This document shows, in pieces, positions 28,801 through 29,756 of a stretch of DNA of 29,756 nt. The DNA comes from a virus (lineage: Duplodnaviria > Caudoviricetes). Position numbers and translations under genes: made by a program. Location: positions 1 through 29,756 of IMG/VR virus record IMGVR_UViG_3300017766_003214. The stretch is one strand, 5' to 3'. The notes beneath the pieces were generated by a model. The model ran no database searches and was not told the origin of the DNA. It saw only the letters and a list, made by a program, of their open reading frames with translations. Every line of letters starts with the position of its first letter. Positions within the stretch are counted from its first letter, which is position 1.

Positions 28801-29756
28801 AGACTAACGATGACGCAGCCCACATCGTGGCTGCCATGCGCAAGCGCCCTCAGGAGCAGATCGTGCTGCTGATCACCGATAAGAACGGCAAGCCCCTCCA
28901 GATTGCCGTCCATTCCCTGGGCGGCCCGGCTTCCGCCGGCTTCAACCCTGGCATCCTGATCGGCGCCGCCGCCAGCACCCCTGGCGCCGCCAAGGTATGG
29001 TTCATCCACAACCACCCGTCCGGCAAGAGCTCCCTGTCCCCGGCCGACCTGAGCGCTGGCAACGCAGTCGAGAACCTGTGCAAAGCCGCCAACCTCCGGT
29101 ACATGGCTACCATGGCCGTGGCCGGCTCCAATTACGCGGTCATGGACAACAGCGGAGCGATCATGGGTGGCCAGAAGATCCCCCCGCATCCGCGCAAGTT
29201 CAGCATCCCGCTGACCGAGCGCATCTTCTCCTACCGCGTTAGCCAGAACACCCCGGCTTTCGCGGACCCTGCCGTCGCCGGCCCCGAGATGAAGCGCATC
29301 TTTGGCGAAAGCCAGCCTGGCATCATCCTGGCCGACAACTCCAACCGCCCGGTCGCGGCGATCCCCCTGGACGGCGATGTCATGCAAGCCATGCGCGCGA
29401 TCCTGCCCGGCGAAAACCCGAACAAGCAGACTGGTTTCGCCAAATACGCAGCCGGCGTCGAGCGTTCCGGCGGGGTCAACATGTTCATCTACACGGCTGA
29501 CTTGCCAATGGATCTCGCGATCAAGGTCATCGAGAACATGAGCAAGGTCGCCAACGCGACCAAGGTCACGGCCCTGGATGCTCTGAATTCCAACGAAGTC
29601 ACCTTGTCTCGCCACATCATCGGCTACGCATCTGACTTCAAGGAGCCCGGCTCCAGCTACAACGCCGGCCAGGACGCCCAGGAGGGCGAAGCCGATGCGC
29701 CGCAGTCGATCGAGGATGTCGTCAATCAGGGGCTCTCCGAGCCCCAAAAAAAAAAG
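25806..29756 (+). CDS. Giant polyvalent-type protein (1317 codons visible, 3'-truncated) with Pro/Gln/Ala-rich N-terminus and tandem RadC/JAB domains
   Basis: Hand-translated frame MAVNISERLKTLIQQG... with no stop found to the window end; PQENF...VHNHPSTTTRFSNAD (HNHPS 27426-27440) and PQEQI...IHNHPSGKSSLSPAD (HNHPS 29007-29021). Confidence 0.88.
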   Translation, partial: MAVNISERLKTLIQQGANIPPAASGTAPEGGPSLALPLDPSFAAGVAERVKAETPSAQFAAQQGAPALPTSGVDTILNPFVQPEGVPMGAPTDLSSLFGMGAAGLGPVSPAPMSSPALGAGLPSYDAGMAPTMAPSVSPFAQPQVPPQLAMGQAQGQAITGATTLADLVSRGLGGQMPQAAQIPQLAAQPFAQAMPQAMPQAPVAAPQMAPQGAFPQAPGIAQPAAPSGMASLFAPPPAPPQVQSPQQPYGQFAPIQPPVQTAGQPQVPAAPAPAPFPTFAQPPAAPAPVAPAPVQQAAPAPAPVAQAPAPARQQPTSRGTPLQTDPNAVNPAEDFPEALAARRANQRADGNDPGRPYQPAPYERPDEPAPIEQPEEQPAEAPVEPELEPAMAASPLQNAQPTTPALVNGELMISGGNRRFSRGGPVGDDAGGKGVSPNLLQRVGLTRAILSQFVDRSVIGTMTVPDRPMDNADDVAALAYEYLRKQPQENFIAVILDGQGRPIQILRHTLGNISSTNFMPHVIAGVAASTRGARTVYMVHNHPSTTTRFSNADVMAAQNLYKTIEAIGMRFGGSLVVTDGDAAQGTMRPKYIFHPGGEDVEKLPIPMAGNADTAPNLDSVKEVVPFDDRPETTETTANIQVVERLFEVRKEALFPRITSPQEAVLQIPPLLRNQSGVALMDNAGRLVGVIPMSIGEMRNVSSSGSMIYPSQGQNRDYISSEEDRAPGEVDKRAYKRTQFSKDTQPGAWNNPLAMLMAALERSNAERVIISIGADEIGTSGRDIRSEAIKNLQKALLRTGGKKVSIDDVINNKKNFPDLVLKDTFYNGSYSTSPDEKGGRLSTGRRLGFNEEGSAYGDQGQEGDQAPIEREAPQSLGDVVSQGMEGENVAETNPDDPNAGAEFARQEREAGARVNPPSGLDNAKPAEPVIKKPRKPRAKKAAAPGVNVSAFPRLDATPGAFGRLSGEQLKQFGLSDAMLDQFIEHSTYGQVMSGVESVKTNDDAAHIVAAMRKRPQEQIVLLITDKNGKPLQIAVHSLGGPASAGFNPGILIGAAASTPGAAKVWFIHNHPSGKSSLSPADLSAGNAVENLCKAANLRYMATMAVAGSNYAVMDNSGAIMGGQKIPPHPRKFSIPLTERIFSYRVSQNTPAFADPAVAGPEMKRIFGESQPGIILADNSNRPVAAIPLDGDVMQAMRAILPGENPNKQTGFAKYAAGVERSGGVNMFIYTADLPMDLAIKVIENMSKVANATKVTALDALNSNEVTLSRHIIGYASDFKEPGSSYNAGQDAQEGEADAPQSIEDVVNQGLSEPQKKK

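Noticed and set aside
25844-29747. Short track ORFs in the last 4 kb
   Set aside because: All are alternative-frame or antisense to the single giant ORF starting at 25806.

Overview
GC-rich segment of a tailed dsDNA phage genome with podovirus-like gene order; no host genes, tRNAs, CRISPR array or integrase were seen. Left to right: (i) the end of an operon with a PAPS-reductase/DndC-like PP-loop enzyme and a terminator; (ii) a self-contained ~2.9-kb unit (~1710-4595) that opens with ~520 nt of densely structured non-coding sequence, carries five small genes (one MerR-like), contains a complete type II hammerhead ribozyme (3598-3656), and has mutually complementary ends; (iii) a palindrome-rich non-coding stretch, rusA, and an oppositely oriented lysozyme-like + terminase small subunit pair, in a block strongly enriched in CCWGG; (iv) a morphogenesis operon: collagen-like fibre, TerL, portal, scaffold, major capsid, adaptor, nozzle, GNAT and ejection proteins; (v) a giant ORF missing from the ORF track (25806 to window end) with a tandem [intact RadC/JAB + degenerate JAB] x2 architecture. 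A motif TTGC-N18-(C/G)ANNWT recurs six times, five of them 6-9 nt before a start codon. All calls come from reading the sequence and recalled motifs; no searches or folding programs were run.
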